Shown here piece after piece: positions 28,543 through 38,981 of a stretch of 64,000 bases of DNA (the first letter of the stretch is position 1; every line of letters begins with the position of its first letter). This DNA is from Nitrospirota bacterium (GTDB taxonomy: Bacteria; Nitrospirota; UBA9217). The notes under the pieces were generated by a model. The model saw only the letters and a list, made by a program, of their open reading frames with translations, made no database searches and had not been told where the DNA came from. The position numbers were made by a program, and so were the translations under genes. Location of the stretch: NCBI GenBank assembly GCA_963790205.1, contig CAWBNQ010000011.1, forward strand, positions 64,001 to 128,000, read 5' to 3'.

Positions 28543-29331
28543 TCATTCCTTTATCGTTATCCTGTTCGGCCAGGTATAGATGTTCATCCGGTCGCCGCGC
28601 GCGAACCCGATGAGCGTGATGCCCATGTCTTCGGCATAGCTGATGGCCATGCAGGAGGGTGCGGCTCGGCTGATCAAGACAGGGAAGCGGTTCCTGCCCG
28701 CCTTGGTCACGATCTCCGAAGTGACCCTGCCGCTCGTCAGCAAGATCTTGTTCTCGACGGGGATGGATTGCAGGAACGCCTTTCCGATCAGCTTGTCCAC
28801 GGCATTGTGCCTGCCGATATCCTCGGAGAAGAACAGGATGTCCTTGCCGTCCGAGAGCGCAGCGCTGTGAACGCCGCCCGTTTCGAGGTAGAGCGAAGAG
28901 ATGCTCCGGAATGTTTTGAGCAGGTTTCGTATGTCGTCGAGACTCATGATCTGACCGGCTGGTTCTATCCTTTTGTCGGCATACAAAGGGTAGTTCGTGA
29001 AGGTGATGCCTTTGCCGCAACCCGAGGAGATCGTCCGCTTCTCGAACATGCTGGAATAATCAGCCGGGAGATCTGAAAGCTCTATCCGCACGGCGGCCTC
29101 GCCCTCATCGACCTCAAGTTTTTTGATCGATGCTTTGTCGTGGAGCAGACCTTCGGAGAGGAGAAAACCCACGGCTAGTTCTTGGAGGTCTGACGGGGTG
29201 CAAAGGAGCGTCACCAGCGCTTCGTCGTTCAGCACCAGCCTGACGGGGAGCTCGGACGCCACCTCGTCGATAGCTTCTTCAACGCTGCTGTCCGAGACCT
29301 TCAGTATCAATGCCTCACGCTTGGTGTCCAC
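28543..29331 (-). CDS. fdhD: Formate dehydrogenase accessory sulfurtransferase FdhD
   Basis: LAVGFLLSEG, SSGCG, TGGVHSAAL, EDIGRHNAVDK, SGR, GFARG. Confidence 0.93.
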   Translation of the reverse strand: MDTKREALILKVSDSSVEEAIDEVASELPVRLVLNDEALVTLLCTPSDLQELAVGFLLSEGLLHDKASIKKLEVDEGEAAVRIELSDLPADYSSMFEKRTISSGCGKGITFTNYPLYADKRIEPAGQIMSLDDIRNLLKTFRSISSLYLETGGVHSAALSDGKDILFFSEDIGRHNAVDKLIGKAFLQSIPVENKILLTSGRVTSEIVTKAGRNRFPVLISRAAPSCMAISYAEDMGITLIGFARGDRMNIYTWPNRITIKE

Positions 29332-29385
29332 GAAATGAATATAGCATGGCGCGATGATGATGTAAAGCGGTTGACGGAACGGCTC

Positions 29386-29420
29386 AAAAGAAAAGCCTTC
29401 GGTTGATCCGCCGAAGGCTT
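29386..29420 (-). terminator. Rho-independent terminator of 29445-30206 gene
   Basis: AAGCCTTCGG...CCGAAGGCTT stem with a T-run on the minus strand. Confidence 0.7.
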
Positions 29421-29444
29421 GTGGGCGTCGCGCTGTATTGCGTC

Positions 29445-30206
29445 TTAAAAATTTATGTTTAATCTGGCGGAATATTCTTTTATGTTCGAGAAGTCGCCTT
29501 CGAGGACGAGGTTGATGAACGGAAACACCTTGACTTTGGCGCCGACAAAAGCCTTGGATTTTCTGATATCCTCCTGCTGCAGCACGGTGACCCCGCCCAG
29601 CTTGTTGTGCGGGTCGCTCGTGATCCAGACCTCGCCGACACCGGCATAGGGGGTGAAGATCAGGATGCCCTTGCTGATGGACAGGTCAACAGATTTCGTG
29701 GACAGGTCGAGCGCATCAAGGCCGGACAGCTTGGTGTAGGCCCCGCGGATCGCAACGGCGGGCATGACGAGTCCGCCGCTCAGGATCGCATACTTGACTT
29801 CATACCCGACCAGTTTGATGTCGCTGCCCGGCACTTTCGCGTAGCTTACCCCGAAATCGATGGGGATGACCGGAAGCCCGACCTGCACATGCACCCGGGG
29901 TATCACGAGCGCGTTCGGGAGATTACCGGCGCCGCTTGCGGTAATGATGTCGTTCATTTTTTGATAGTACAGCCTGCTCTTGTCTATCTTTACGTAGGAC
30001 GCTTCCACGCCGGCATCGAGCCCCGGCAGCTTGTCTCCCAGCGGAGCGGCGGGCGAGAGAGGTATATAGCTCATGGCCATGCCGAAATCCTTGCTGAATG
30101 ACCTGAAATCATCCTGGTTCAATTTGTCAAGATTGATGTTTGTCGCGGCCATTGCGGGAACCGTTATGACGAGCACGAATAATACTGCAAGGAAATATTT
30201 TTTCAT
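29445..30206 (-). CDS. Exported protein, probable outer-membrane beta-barrel
   Basis: Signal peptide (AMA|), alternating beta-strand pattern, terminal Phe (YSARLNINF); GGAGG SD. Confidence 0.7.
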   Translation of the reverse strand: MKKYFLAVLFVLVITVPAMAATNINLDKLNQDDFRSFSKDFGMAMSYIPLSPAAPLGDKLPGLDAGVEASYVKIDKSRLYYQKMNDIITASGAGNLPNALVIPRVHVQVGLPVIPIDFGVSYAKVPGSDIKLVGYEVKYAILSGGLVMPAVAIRGAYTKLSGLDALDLSTKSVDLSISKGILIFTPYAGVGEVWITSDPHNKLGGVTVLQQEDIRKSKAFVGAKVKVFPFINLVLEGDFSNIKEYSARLNINF

Positions 30207-30375
30207 GGAACTCCTCCCTGGTTACGACCTTATTTGCGGGATACCCGGAGATGCTGAGGCCTTCGTTCCCGGACCGTTCAAAGGTATCAAAGGCGGTCTT
30301 GTTTGTCAAGAACTTATGGGGAGAATGCCGCTTATTTTTGTTCCTGTAAATCGGGCTTGACAGGACGGCGCGAGT

Positions 30376-30402
30376 GTGTTACTAAAATATAAAAAGTAAC
30401 AC
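30376..30402. promoter_or_regulatory. Putative NikR operator GTGTTAC-N13-GTAACAC
   Basis: Perfect 7-bp inverted repeat directly upstream of the nikR SD and downstream of TTGACA (30357-30362). Confidence 0.75.
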
Positions 30403-30413
30403 GGAGGTCCGCC

Positions 30414-30833
30414 TTGGCCCGCTTGGCCCGCTTCGGAGTATCGATTGACAGCCAGTTGATCAGAAAATTTGATGACCTCATCGCGCGAAAGGGATATGCC
30501 ACGCGATCGGAGGCGATCCGGGACATGATCCGTGATGCGCTCGTTGAACGGGAATGGGAATCAGGCGGGCATGAGACGGTGGGCACGATCACGATCGTAT
30601 ACAACCACCATACGCGCGAACTTGAGCATGCGCTTACGGACATGCAGCATAAGTCGTTCCACCAGATCATCTCGACGCTCCACGTGCACCTCGACGCTCA
30701 CAATTGTCTTGAGGTACTCGTGGTAAAAGGCAGCAGCCGGGAGATCAAGAATATCGCGGACAGGCTTATCGGTACGCGCGGGGTCAAGCATGGGAAGCTT
30801 ACGATGACGACAACGGGTAAAGAGCTGGTATAA
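30414..30833 (+). CDS. nikR: Nickel-responsive regulator NikR
   Basis: RFGVSI RHH domain, [12 protein letters not shown]...[15 protein letters not shown] start after GGAGG. Confidence 0.95.
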   Translation: MARLARFGVSIDSQLIRKFDDLIARKGYATRSEAIRDMIRDALVEREWESGGHETVGTITIVYNHHTRELEHALTDMQHKSFHQIISTLHVHLDAHNCLEVLVVKGSSREIKNIADRLIGTRGVKHGKLTMTTTGKELV

Positions 30834-30982
30834 ACTGGACCTGCCTGCGACGCCGTTCATACTATACTGCGAAGGGGAAGATTCACGAGCGTTGAACAAG
30901 CCGACAGACTGGTTGTTTCTTTCCGGCATGACGTATCGATTTAAAATAGATCCCGGAAAAAGGGCAGGAGAGGTTCTCAATA

Positions 30983-31651
30983 ATGCACATTCCCGACGGC
31001 TATCTGGGCCCCGCGACCTACGGCGCCATGTTCGGCGCAACGGTTCCGTTTTGGGCCTTTGCATCATGGAAGCTGAACAAGACGCTCAAGGCCCGTCAGG
31101 CGCCGTATCTTGCGCTCGGCGCGGCCTTCAGCTTCGTCCTCATGATGTTCAACATTCCCGTGCTTGGCGGCACCACGGGCCATGCGACGGGCACCACGCT
31201 GATCGCCATCCTGCTTGGCCCCTGGGCCGCCATTATCTCCGTGTCGGTTGCGCTCGTCATTCAGGCGCTCCTCTTCGGAGACGGCGGAATCACGGCAATC
31301 GGAGCAAACTGTTTTACCATGGCTATTGTCGGCGGCTTGACAGGCTATGGAATATATCGTCTTATCGCCGCAGGATCGGATAGGAAAAGCAGAAGGCGGC
31401 TTGTTGCGGGAGCAATCGCCGCCTATGTGAGCTTGAATGTCTCCGCTCTTCTCACAGCCGTTCTGCTCGGCATTCAGCCGCTGATCGAAATCTCTTCGTC
31501 GGGGCAGCCGCTCTACGCGCCCTATCCTCTCGCGGTGACCATACCCGCGATGGTTTCCGGGCATGCGCTGCTGTTCGGTTTTGTCGAGGCTGCGGTTACA
31601 GCGCTGGTGTTGAAGTACTTTCAGAGGAACGAACCCGCGATGCTTGCATGA
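30983..31651 (+). CDS. cbiM: ECF Ni/Co transporter substrate component (CbiM/NikM)
   Basis: N-terminal MHIPDGYL, GGTTGH, QALLFGDGG..AIGAN. Confidence 0.92.
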   Translation: MHIPDGYLGPATYGAMFGATVPFWAFASWKLNKTLKARQAPYLALGAAFSFVLMMFNIPVLGGTTGHATGTTLIAILLGPWAAIISVSVALVIQALLFGDGGITAIGANCFTMAIVGGLTGYGIYRLIAAGSDRKSRRRLVAGAIAAYVSLNVSALLTAVLLGIQPLIEISSSGQPLYAPYPLAVTIPAMVSGHALLFGFVEAAVTALVLKYFQRNEPAMLA

Positions 31652-31691
31652 GAGTGCGGATAAACGCTGTTGATGTTGTGACTTTGAGGAT

Positions 31692-32030
31692 ATGACTACA
31701 ACGAAAAAACTCTGGATAGGCATCGGGATCCTGGCGCTCCTGTCTCCGCTGGGACTGATCATACCGTCATTGTTCGGCGCCGGAGGGGCCTGGGGTGAAT
31801 GGGGCGCAGAGGAATTTAACAAGCTGATCGGTTACGTTCCGGAAGGTATGCAAAAGCTCTCACGCCTGTGGAAATCTCCCCTGAAAGACTATACGGTGCC
31901 GGGCCAGGCGCAGGGATTGGCCCGCAGGGGCCTGGGCTATGTACTTACCGCCTTTATCGGCGTCGCGATCACTGCTGGATTGGCATATCTTATTGCGAAT
32001 GTGCTGGGACGGAAGAACAGGGACAAATAA
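31692..32030 (+). CDS. ECF Ni/Co transporter small membrane component (NikN/PDGLE-like)
   Basis: LSPLGL, AWGEW, PLKDY motif, two TM segments; operon position. Confidence 0.8.
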   Translation: MTTTKKLWIGIGILALLSPLGLIIPSLFGAGGAWGEWGAEEFNKLIGYVPEGMQKLSRLWKSPLKDYTVPGQAQGLARRGLGYVLTAFIGVAITAGLAYLIANVLGRKNRDK

Positions 32031-32049
32031 TTTTTTTTTGGAGTTGACG

Positions 32050-32928
32050 GTGTCTCAGGCCAGATTTCTTGATAAGACGTTACTCGCCGTTGCGAATGTC
32101 GCGGAACAGTCCTTGTTCTCCGAGGCCTATGCCCTGCGTCGGGGTTTTTTGCAATTGCTGGACGTACGGATCAAGCTTGTTACGTTTTTGTACATCCTGG
32201 TGGTCATCAGCTTCCTTCACCGGCCTCAGGCAGTATGGCTCCTGTACGGACTCAGCCTCGTGCTAGCCGTTGTGTCCCGCGTGTCGCTTGTTTTCTTCCT
32301 GAAGCGTGTCTGGCTGTTCGTGCCGCTCTTCTCCGCGGCGATCGTACTGCCTGCTCTCCTGAACATCGTCACGCCGGGAGATCCGGTCTGGGTGCTGGTG
32401 AAGCTCGGCCGCGCCTGTTCGTGGGGCCCCTACACGGTGCCTTCTGAGATCGCCGTCACCCGCCAGGGGCTCTGGGGAGGGATCGTTTTCGTCTCGCGCG
32501 TTGCAGCCTCGGTATCGTTCGCCGTTCTGTTCACGCTTACGACCAAATGGGCCGAGGTCTTTTCGGGCCTGCGCTCGCTTTTCGTTCCGCGCGTGTTTGT
32601 CGTGACCCTGGGCATGACCTATCGATATCTCTTCGTCTTTCTGCGTCTGATCCAGGACATGTACCGCGCACGGAAGAGCAGGACCATCCGGCCGCTTTCG
32701 CCCGCGGCCGAGCGCAACTGGATCGCGTCCCGTATCGGGGCCACCTTTAAGAAATCCGTGGACATGAGCGAGGACATCTACAAGGCGATGCTCTCCCGCG
32801 GGTTTCACGGCGAGTTCCGTTCGACCGACCGCTTTCATGCCGCGGCGGCAGACGCTATCTGGCTCGTGACAGTCTTCTTGTTTGGTGGTATACTCATCCT
32901 GGTCGAGAGGGGTTTCCTTCATCTATGA
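32050..32928 (+). CDS. cbiQ: ECF transporter transmembrane T component (CbiQ/NikQ)
   Basis: LDVRIKL, MTYRYLF, ARKSR, AMLSRGF. Confidence 0.9.
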   Translation: MSQARFLDKTLLAVANVAEQSLFSEAYALRRGFLQLLDVRIKLVTFLYILVVISFLHRPQAVWLLYGLSLVLAVVSRVSLVFFLKRVWLFVPLFSAAIVLPALLNIVTPGDPVWVLVKLGRACSWGPYTVPSEIAVTRQGLWGGIVFVSRVAASVSFAVLFTLTTKWAEVFSGLRSLFVPRVFVVTLGMTYRYLFVFLRLIQDMYRARKSRTIRPLSPAAERNWIASRIGATFKKSVDMSEDIYKAMLSRGFHGEFRSTDRFHAAAADAIWLVTVFLFGGILILVERGFLHL

Positions 32929-34031
32929 ATGTATTCAGCCTGAAAAATATCTTCTATTCCTATGCCGGGTCTTCGCCGGTCCTGAATAACCTGGACCTCG
33001 ATTTTAAGGCCGGTGAACGCGCGGTCATTCTCGGCGCGAACGGGACGGGCAAGTCGACGCTGCTCGCCATGCTCGACGGGCTCGTGTTCCCGACGGGCGG
33101 GAGTATTCACGCCTTCGGCAAGGTCTTGTCCGAAGACTCGCTCGAAGACCGCGCTTTCTCCATGGATTTCAGAAAACGGGTGGCCTTCGTGTTCCAGAAT
33201 CCCGACGTGCAGCTTTTTTCGGCCACGGTCCGGGACGAGATCGCTTTCGGGCCGCTCCAGCTCGACTATCCGAAGGACCGGATCGAGGAAACTGTCGAAG
33301 GGTTGCTGAGGACGCTCCGCATCGCAGACATCAGGGACCGCGCGCCCCATGCCTTGTCGGACGGCCAGAAAAAGAAGGTCGCCATCGCGTCGAGCCTCGC
33401 GACCGATCCGGACGTGCTCCTGCTCGACGAGCCCACCAATGGTCTCGATCCGAGGACCCAGGTCTGGCTGATCGAGCTGTTGCATGACCTGCATCAGAAG
33501 GGCAAGACCATTATCTCGGCGACCCACGATCTCGCGATCGCCGGCGACATTGCGGAGCGGGCCGTGGTCTTTTCCGAAGACCATACGGTGACCGCCGACG
33601 GGCCGTTTCAGGATATCATCGCGAATGATGAACTCCTGCTCGGGGTAAACCTGATCCACGAGCATGCCCACTACCACGGCGATACGGCCCATGTCCACCG
33701 CCACGGCCACTATGGACATTACCACGCGAACGGAGGCAGCATGCACGACAACCACAAGGGACGTCATTCACACGACCGTGTCCACGGGCACGAGCACGAC
33801 CAAGGCGAAACGGAAACGCTGCGCAAACTGCACCTGGTGCTCGAACACTGGATCGAACACGGTGACAGCCATGCCGAGAGCTACCGGGAGTGGGCCGGGA
33901 AAGCGGGCGAGGCCGGCGAGGACGAGATCGCGAAAGAGATCTACCTCGCGATCAACGACAATGAGGCGGTCAAGAGCCACTTGAAGCGGGCAAAGGCGAT
34001 CCTCGCGGCGAAGCTCGTGCTGAAGAGATAG
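32925..34031 (+). CDS. cbiO: ECF ATPase (CbiO/NikO) with His-rich linker and C-terminal CooJ-like domain
   Basis: GANGTGKST, FQNPD, LSDGQKKK, LLDEPT; 17 His in ~50 aa; HWIEHGDSH. Confidence 0.88.
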   Translation: MNVFSLKNIFYSYAGSSPVLNNLDLDFKAGERAVILGANGTGKSTLLAMLDGLVFPTGGSIHAFGKVLSEDSLEDRAFSMDFRKRVAFVFQNPDVQLFSATVRDEIAFGPLQLDYPKDRIEETVEGLLRTLRIADIRDRAPHALSDGQKKKVAIASSLATDPDVLLLDEPTNGLDPRTQVWLIELLHDLHQKGKTIISATHDLAIAGDIAERAVVFSEDHTVTADGPFQDIIANDELLLGVNLIHEHAHYHGDTAHVHRHGHYGHYHANGGSMHDNHKGRHSHDRVHGHEHDQGETETLRKLHLVLEHWIEHGDSHAESYREWAGKAGEAGEDEIAKEIYLAINDNEAVKSHLKRAKAILAAKLVLKR

Positions 34032-34143
34032 GAGAGCCGAGGGACGATAAAGTCAAATGCTTTTGCGTCCATCGTCCTCGTGAGCGCAGCGAATAGTCAT
34101 CCCTCGTCCCTCAAAGGCGACGCATGGCGAAGGGGAGTGCAAT

Positions 34144-34734
34144 ATGGAGATGGTAAATGAGAACGATTTGAGAGAGGCTATACAGTTCCACGGTCACCTC
34201 TGCCCGGGCCTCGCGCTGGGATACCGGGTCGCCAAAGCGGCGCTTCGGGAGCTCAAGGCCGACCGGCCGCGTGATGAAGAGCTTGTTGCGATCGTGGAAA
34301 ACGATTCCTGCGCCGCCGACGCTGTCCAGTTCGTTACCGGAGCCACGTTCGGCAAAGGAAACCTTATTTTCCGCGATTATGGCAAACACGTCTATACTTT
34401 TTTCAACCGCAGGACGGGGCTCGGGGTCCGCATTTCCGAAGATTACCGCGGGTTCGAAGCCGATGGCCGGTTCGCCGAGCTCAGGAAGCGGCAGGAGGCG
34501 GGAGAGGACGTGGCCCGCGAGCTGCACGCCTGCAAAATGGAAAAAGCGGCGGCGATTTTGAAGGCGGATGAAAAAGAAATGTTGACGATCACACCGGTCG
34601 TCGATCTGCCGCCGAGGGAAGCGGCTATCCGGGGGTCCGTACGCTGCGCCGTCTGCGGCGAGAAGTTCATGGAATCCCGCGGCCGCGTAAAGAACGGCGC
34701 AATCGTCTGCATTCCCTGTTTTGAAAGGGAATAA
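34144..34734 (+). CDS. FmdE family protein with C-terminal Zn finger
   Basis: FHGHLCPG, ENDSCAADAVQ..TG.T.GKGNL, CAVCGE...CIPC. Confidence 0.9.
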   Translation: MEMVNENDLREAIQFHGHLCPGLALGYRVAKAALRELKADRPRDEELVAIVENDSCAADAVQFVTGATFGKGNLIFRDYGKHVYTFFNRRTGLGVRISEDYRGFEADGRFAELRKRQEAGEDVARELHACKMEKAAAILKADEKEMLTITPVVDLPPREAAIRGSVRCAVCGEKFMESRGRVKNGAIVCIPCFERE

Positions 34735-34840
34735 GTTCTTCACTTTGCTACAATATTCTTGACAATAACTGCCGCTGAAGTTATTATAACCCTGCCTCAC
34801 TGTCCGCACTATGCCTTGTTGCAATAATAAGGAGAAATCG

Positions 34841-35567
34841 ATGATTAAACAGCTTGTTTTTCCGCTGGTTGCCTTATTGTTGGTTGTCGGATGCGTATCA
34901 CAGGCAACGTATAACAGCAAGGCCAAGGAAACGGAATCGCTTGCGGCGCAGAATGACAGCTTGCAAGCGCAAGTGAAGGGCCTTACCGCGGATGTCGCAT
35001 CGCTCAAGAAAGAACAGGAAATGACGCGGATGGAGAAGGAGGCCCTGCAGGCGAAGGTGGACGAGTTGTCGCAGAAGGCGGAGAAGGCCGAGACAGCTTG
35101 AGAAGGCCACCCAGACCTATCAGGACCTGCAGAAGAAGCTTGAGAAGGAAATCCAGGAAGGCCAGGTGCAGATCAAGGAGATGAAGGACCGTCTTACCGT
35201 GACCATGGTGGACCAGATCCTGTTCCCTTCGGGGAGCGCTGAGGTCGGCAAGAAGGGGAAGGCGGTGCTCGACAAGGTGGTCACCATCCTGAAGGACGTG
35301 AAGGACAAGCGGATCGAGGTTGATGGTCATACGGACAATGTGCCGATCGTGAGCTCGCTCAAGAAACGTTTCCCCACGAACTGGGAGCTCTCGACCGCCC
35401 GGGCAACCGAGGTGGTCAGATATCTTCAGGAGACCGGGGCCATCGACCCGCATTTGCTCTCTGCCACGGGCTTTGGGGAGTATATGCCGGTCGCCCCGAA
35501 TGATACGGAAGAGGGAAAACACAAGAACCGCAGGATTGAGATCGTGCTGCTGCCGCTCCTGAAATAG
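34841..35567 (+). CDS. Second OmpA/MotB-domain lipoprotein; +1 frameshift near 35094 (likely sequence error)
   Basis: Lipobox VVGC and coiled coil in first frame; ILFPSGSA, GHTDN, NWELSTARA, NRRIEI in next frame. Confidence 0.8.
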
Positions 35568-35570
35568 GAT

Positions 35571-36210
35571 ATGTTCACCGGGATCATAGAAGAAATGGGG
35601 AGCGTGAAGGCGCTCAGGCATGAGGCGGGCGCGGCGCGTCTTGCCGTTTCCGCCTCCACGGTGCTCGGAGGCACGGCGCTCGGAGACAGCATTTGCGTGA
35701 ACGGTGTCTGTCTCACCGTCGTCGAGCTGGATAAAAGCGGGTTTTCGGCCGACGTTGCGGTCGAGACCCTGAAGGTCACGAATCTCGGAGAATTGAAAAA
35801 CGGCGCGAAGGTGAACCTGGAACGGGCGCTGCAGCTTTCCGCCCGGATCGGCGGCCACCTCGTAAGCGGCCATGTGGATGCCGTGGGACGCATCCGCGAA
35901 AAGCGTGAAGAGGGAAACGGCTGGCGGATATTCATCGATGCGCCGGATACGGTGCTCACGGTATGTGATCAAGAAAGGCTCCATCGCCATAGACGGCATC
36001 AGCCTGACCGTCGCCGACGTGGACAAAAAGGGGTTTTCCATCGCCATGATACCCCACACGGCAAAACTGACGACGCTCGGTTTCAAATCCGCGGGAGACA
36101 GCGTAAACCTGGAAGCGGACCTAATCGGCAAGTATGTCGAACGGCTTCTTGCCGGGCGCGTTGAAGGCGGCGTGAGCCTGGAACTGCTGAGGAAGAGTGG
36201 ATTTGCATAA
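35571..36210 (+). CDS. ribE: Riboflavin synthase (alpha chain); +1 frameshift near 35959 (likely sequence error)
   Basis: [25 protein letters not shown]; continues [19 protein letters not shown] in next frame. Confidence 0.88.
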
Positions 36211-36274
36211 GATAGATGCATGATGCAGAACATGCAGGTATTGCGTGACATTTGCATGATGAAAGGGTGATGTT

Positions 36275-37480
36275 ATGAAGTTCAATACGATCGAAGAGGC
36301 CATCGAAGAAATCCGAAAGGGAAAGATGGTCATTCTCGTCGATGACGAGGACCGGGAGAACGAGGGCGACCTCACCATGGCGGCGGAGGCGGTGACGCCC
36401 GAGGCCATCAATTTCATGGCCAAGCACGGACGCGGGCTTATCTGTCTTTCCCTCACGCCCGAGCGCGTGGACCACCTGCAGCTTCCCATGATGACCACGG
36501 ACAACACCTCGTCCTTCGGCACGGCGTTCACCATCTCCATCGAGGCGAAAAAGGGCGTGACCACGGGCATTTCAGCCGCAGACCGGGCCATGACGATCAA
36601 GACCGCCATCAACCCGAAGTCCGGACCTGAAGACCTGGCGCGGCCGGGGCATGTGTTTCCGCTCCGCGCACGGACAGGCGGCGTGCTTCAGCGGGCCGGC
36701 CAGACCGAGGGCTCGGTCGATCTTGCGCGGCTTGCGGGGCTCTACCCCGCAGGCGTGATCTGCGAGATCATGAACGACGACGGCACGATGTCGCGCGTGC
36801 CGCAGCTCATGGAATTCGCCAAAAAATTCGGGCTCAAGATCATCACGGTCAAGGACCTGATCGCCTACCGGGTGACGAAGGAGTCGCTCGTGCGCAGGGT
36901 GGCGGTCACGAAACTGCCGACCAGCTACGGGAGCGATTTTACGGCCATTCTCTACGCCAACGATATTGACCGCATGAACCACATCGCCCTGGTCAAGGGC
37001 GACATCAAGCCCGATGACGAGGTCCTCGTACGGGTCCATTCGGAATGTCTTACCGGCGACGTGTTCGGTTCGCTCCGCTGCGACTGCGGCGAGCAGCTCC
37101 ATAACGCCATGAAGATAATCGAAGACGAGGGAAAAGGCGTGATCCTCTATATGCGCCAGGAGGGCCGCGGCATCGGCCTCGAAGGCAAGCTCAAGGCCTA
37201 TGAGCTCCAGGACAAGGGCAAGGACACCGTTGAAGCGAACCTTGCGCTCGGATACAAGGCGGATCTCAGGGATTACGGCGTCGGCGCCCAGATCCTGCGC
37301 GACCTCGGCGTGCGCAAGATCAGGCTCCTTACGAACAATCCGAAGAAGATCGTCGGCCTCGAAGGATACGGACTTGTCGTAGTCGCCCGTATGCCGATCG
37401 AGATGCATCCTCATGCAAAGAACATCCATTATCTCAAGGTCAAGAAGAACAAGCTCGGCCATATGCTGGAAAAGGTCTAA
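36275..37480 (+). CDS. ribBA: Bifunctional DHBP synthase / GTP cyclohydrolase II
   Basis: [36 protein letters not shown]. Confidence 0.96.
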   Translation: MKFNTIEEAIEEIRKGKMVILVDDEDRENEGDLTMAAEAVTPEAINFMAKHGRGLICLSLTPERVDHLQLPMMTTDNTSSFGTAFTISIEAKKGVTTGISAADRAMTIKTAINPKSGPEDLARPGHVFPLRARTGGVLQRAGQTEGSVDLARLAGLYPAGVICEIMNDDGTMSRVPQLMEFAKKFGLKIITVKDLIAYRVTKESLVRRVAVTKLPTSYGSDFTAILYANDIDRMNHIALVKGDIKPDDEVLVRVHSECLTGDVFGSLRCDCGEQLHNAMKIIEDEGKGVILYMRQEGRGIGLEGKLKAYELQDKGKDTVEANLALGYKADLRDYGVGAQILRDLGVRKIRLLTNNPKKIVGLEGYGLVVVARMPIEMHPHAKNIHYLKVKKNKLGHMLEKV

Positions 37481-37533
37481 TAAAGTTTATAGTTCATCGT
37501 TCAGAGTGGAAAATTCAATATTCGGAGGGGACG

Positions 37534-38001
37534 ATGGCGAAAATGATCCAGGGAGATCTGACAGCGAAAGGACTCAAGTTCGGGATCGTTGCCGCACGGT
37601 TTAACGATTTTATCACGAGCCGGCTCCTCGACGGCGCTCTCGATGCTCTCCAGCGGCATGGCGCTGCGGACGGGGACATCGAGGTTGTCAAGGTCCCCGG
37701 GTCATATGAAATCCCGCTTGCCGCGAAGATGCTGGCCCAGTCAAAGAAATATAATGCCGTCATCTGTCTCGGGGCGGTGATCCGCGGCGCCACGCCGCAT
37801 TTCGAGTACGTGAGCGCCGAGGTGAGCAAGGGTGTTGCCGCGGTCTCCATGGAATCCGGCCTGCCGGTCATCTTCGGCGTGCTTACGACCGACACCATCG
37901 AGCAGGCGATCGAGCGAGCCGGCACGAAGAGCGGGAACAAGGGCTGGGACGCGGCCCTCTCCGCCATCGAGATGGCAAACGTCATGCGGCAGATCGCGTA
38001 G
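37534..38001 (+). CDS. ribH: 6,7-dimethyl-8-ribityllumazine synthase
   Basis: [29 protein letters not shown]. Confidence 0.96.
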   Translation: MAKMIQGDLTAKGLKFGIVAARFNDFITSRLLDGALDALQRHGAADGDIEVVKVPGSYEIPLAAKMLAQSKKYNAVICLGAVIRGATPHFEYVSAEVSKGVAAVSMESGLPVIFGVLTTDTIEQAIERAGTKSGNKGWDAALSAIEMANVMRQIA

Positions 38002-38040
38002 CATAAGGATGCCACAAAAGGCCGTCAAGCGGCGATACGT

Positions 38041-38472
38041 ATGAAAAGACGCAAAGCCAGGGAGCATGCTCTTCAGATATTGTTCCAGCTCGACATCAGA
38101 AAAGAGAAGCCTTCGGCTGCTGTTCTGAAGCATTTCTGGGCTGAGTACGATCCGGACGAGGAAGTCAAAGCTTTCTCCGAAGAGATCGTCAAGGGGACCT
38201 ATAAGCACATCGCCAGGATCAACGAGCTGCTCCACCAGTGCGCGAAGAACTGGAGCCTCGACCGGATGGCCGTGGTCGACCGGAACGTGCTCCGGATGGC
38301 GGTGTACGAGATTCTTTACCGCATCGATATCCCCACCAGTGTTACGATCAACGAGGCCATAGAAATAGCAAAGAAGTACGGTACAGACGAATCAGGGTCT
38401 TTCGTGAACGGCATCCTTGACCGTGCGGCGAGGCTGACCGGGAAACTCGACGAAGCAAAAATAGAAGAGTAA
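38041..38472 (+). CDS. nusB: Transcription antitermination factor NusB
   Basis: RRKAREHALQ, DRNVLR, INEAIEIAK, FVNGILD; follows ribH. Confidence 0.95.
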   Translation: MKRRKAREHALQILFQLDIRKEKPSAAVLKHFWAEYDPDEEVKAFSEEIVKGTYKHIARINELLHQCAKNWSLDRMAVVDRNVLRMAVYEILYRIDIPTSVTINEAIEIAKKYGTDESGSFVNGILDRAARLTGKLDEAKIEE

Positions 38473-38483
38473 AGGTTGGGGAA

Positions 38484-38981
38484 ATGCCCGGTTTAACGCT
38501 GACGGTAATCCTGCAAGACATAAAAAAACTCGAAACAGAGGCCCTGATCGTCGGTTTTTATGAAGACGTCCGGCCGCTCAAAGGCCTTGCAGGAGAACTC
38601 GACTGGCTGCTCTGCGGGTCCCTTTCCAGTCTGATCATCAAAAACAAACTGCGCGGCTCGCTCGGGGATGTTGCGCTGCTGACGTCCAGGGCAAAGGTGC
38701 CGGCGAAAAAGATATTCATGGTCGGCCTCGGCCCGAAGGAAGGACTCTCTCCGTCATCGCTGCGCAGCGCCGTCAGGGACGCCGTCTCCAGCGCGCTTGA
38801 TGCCGGCGTGAAAAACACTGCTATCGAATATTTTCAGCCGTTAAACCTGTCCTCCCAGGAAGAAGTATCTGCCTTCCAGGCGGGACTGTCCGAGGGCGCC
38901 CGCGGGCGCAGCGTCGACATTGCCCTTCTTGCGCCGGACGCTTCCGCCTATGAAAAGATTTCGAGATTGGTGAAGGGATGA
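38484..38981 (+). CDS. Stand-alone peptidase M17 N-terminal-like domain protein
   Basis: EDVRPLKGLAG.LDW.L.G.LS, MVGLG; no catalytic M17 domain. Confidence 0.65.
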   Translation: MPGLTLTVILQDIKKLETEALIVGFYEDVRPLKGLAGELDWLLCGSLSSLIIKNKLRGSLGDVALLTSRAKVPAKKIFMVGLGPKEGLSPSSLRSAVRDAVSSALDAGVKNTAIEYFQPLNLSSQEEVSAFQAGLSEGARGRSVDIALLAPDASAYEKISRLVKG

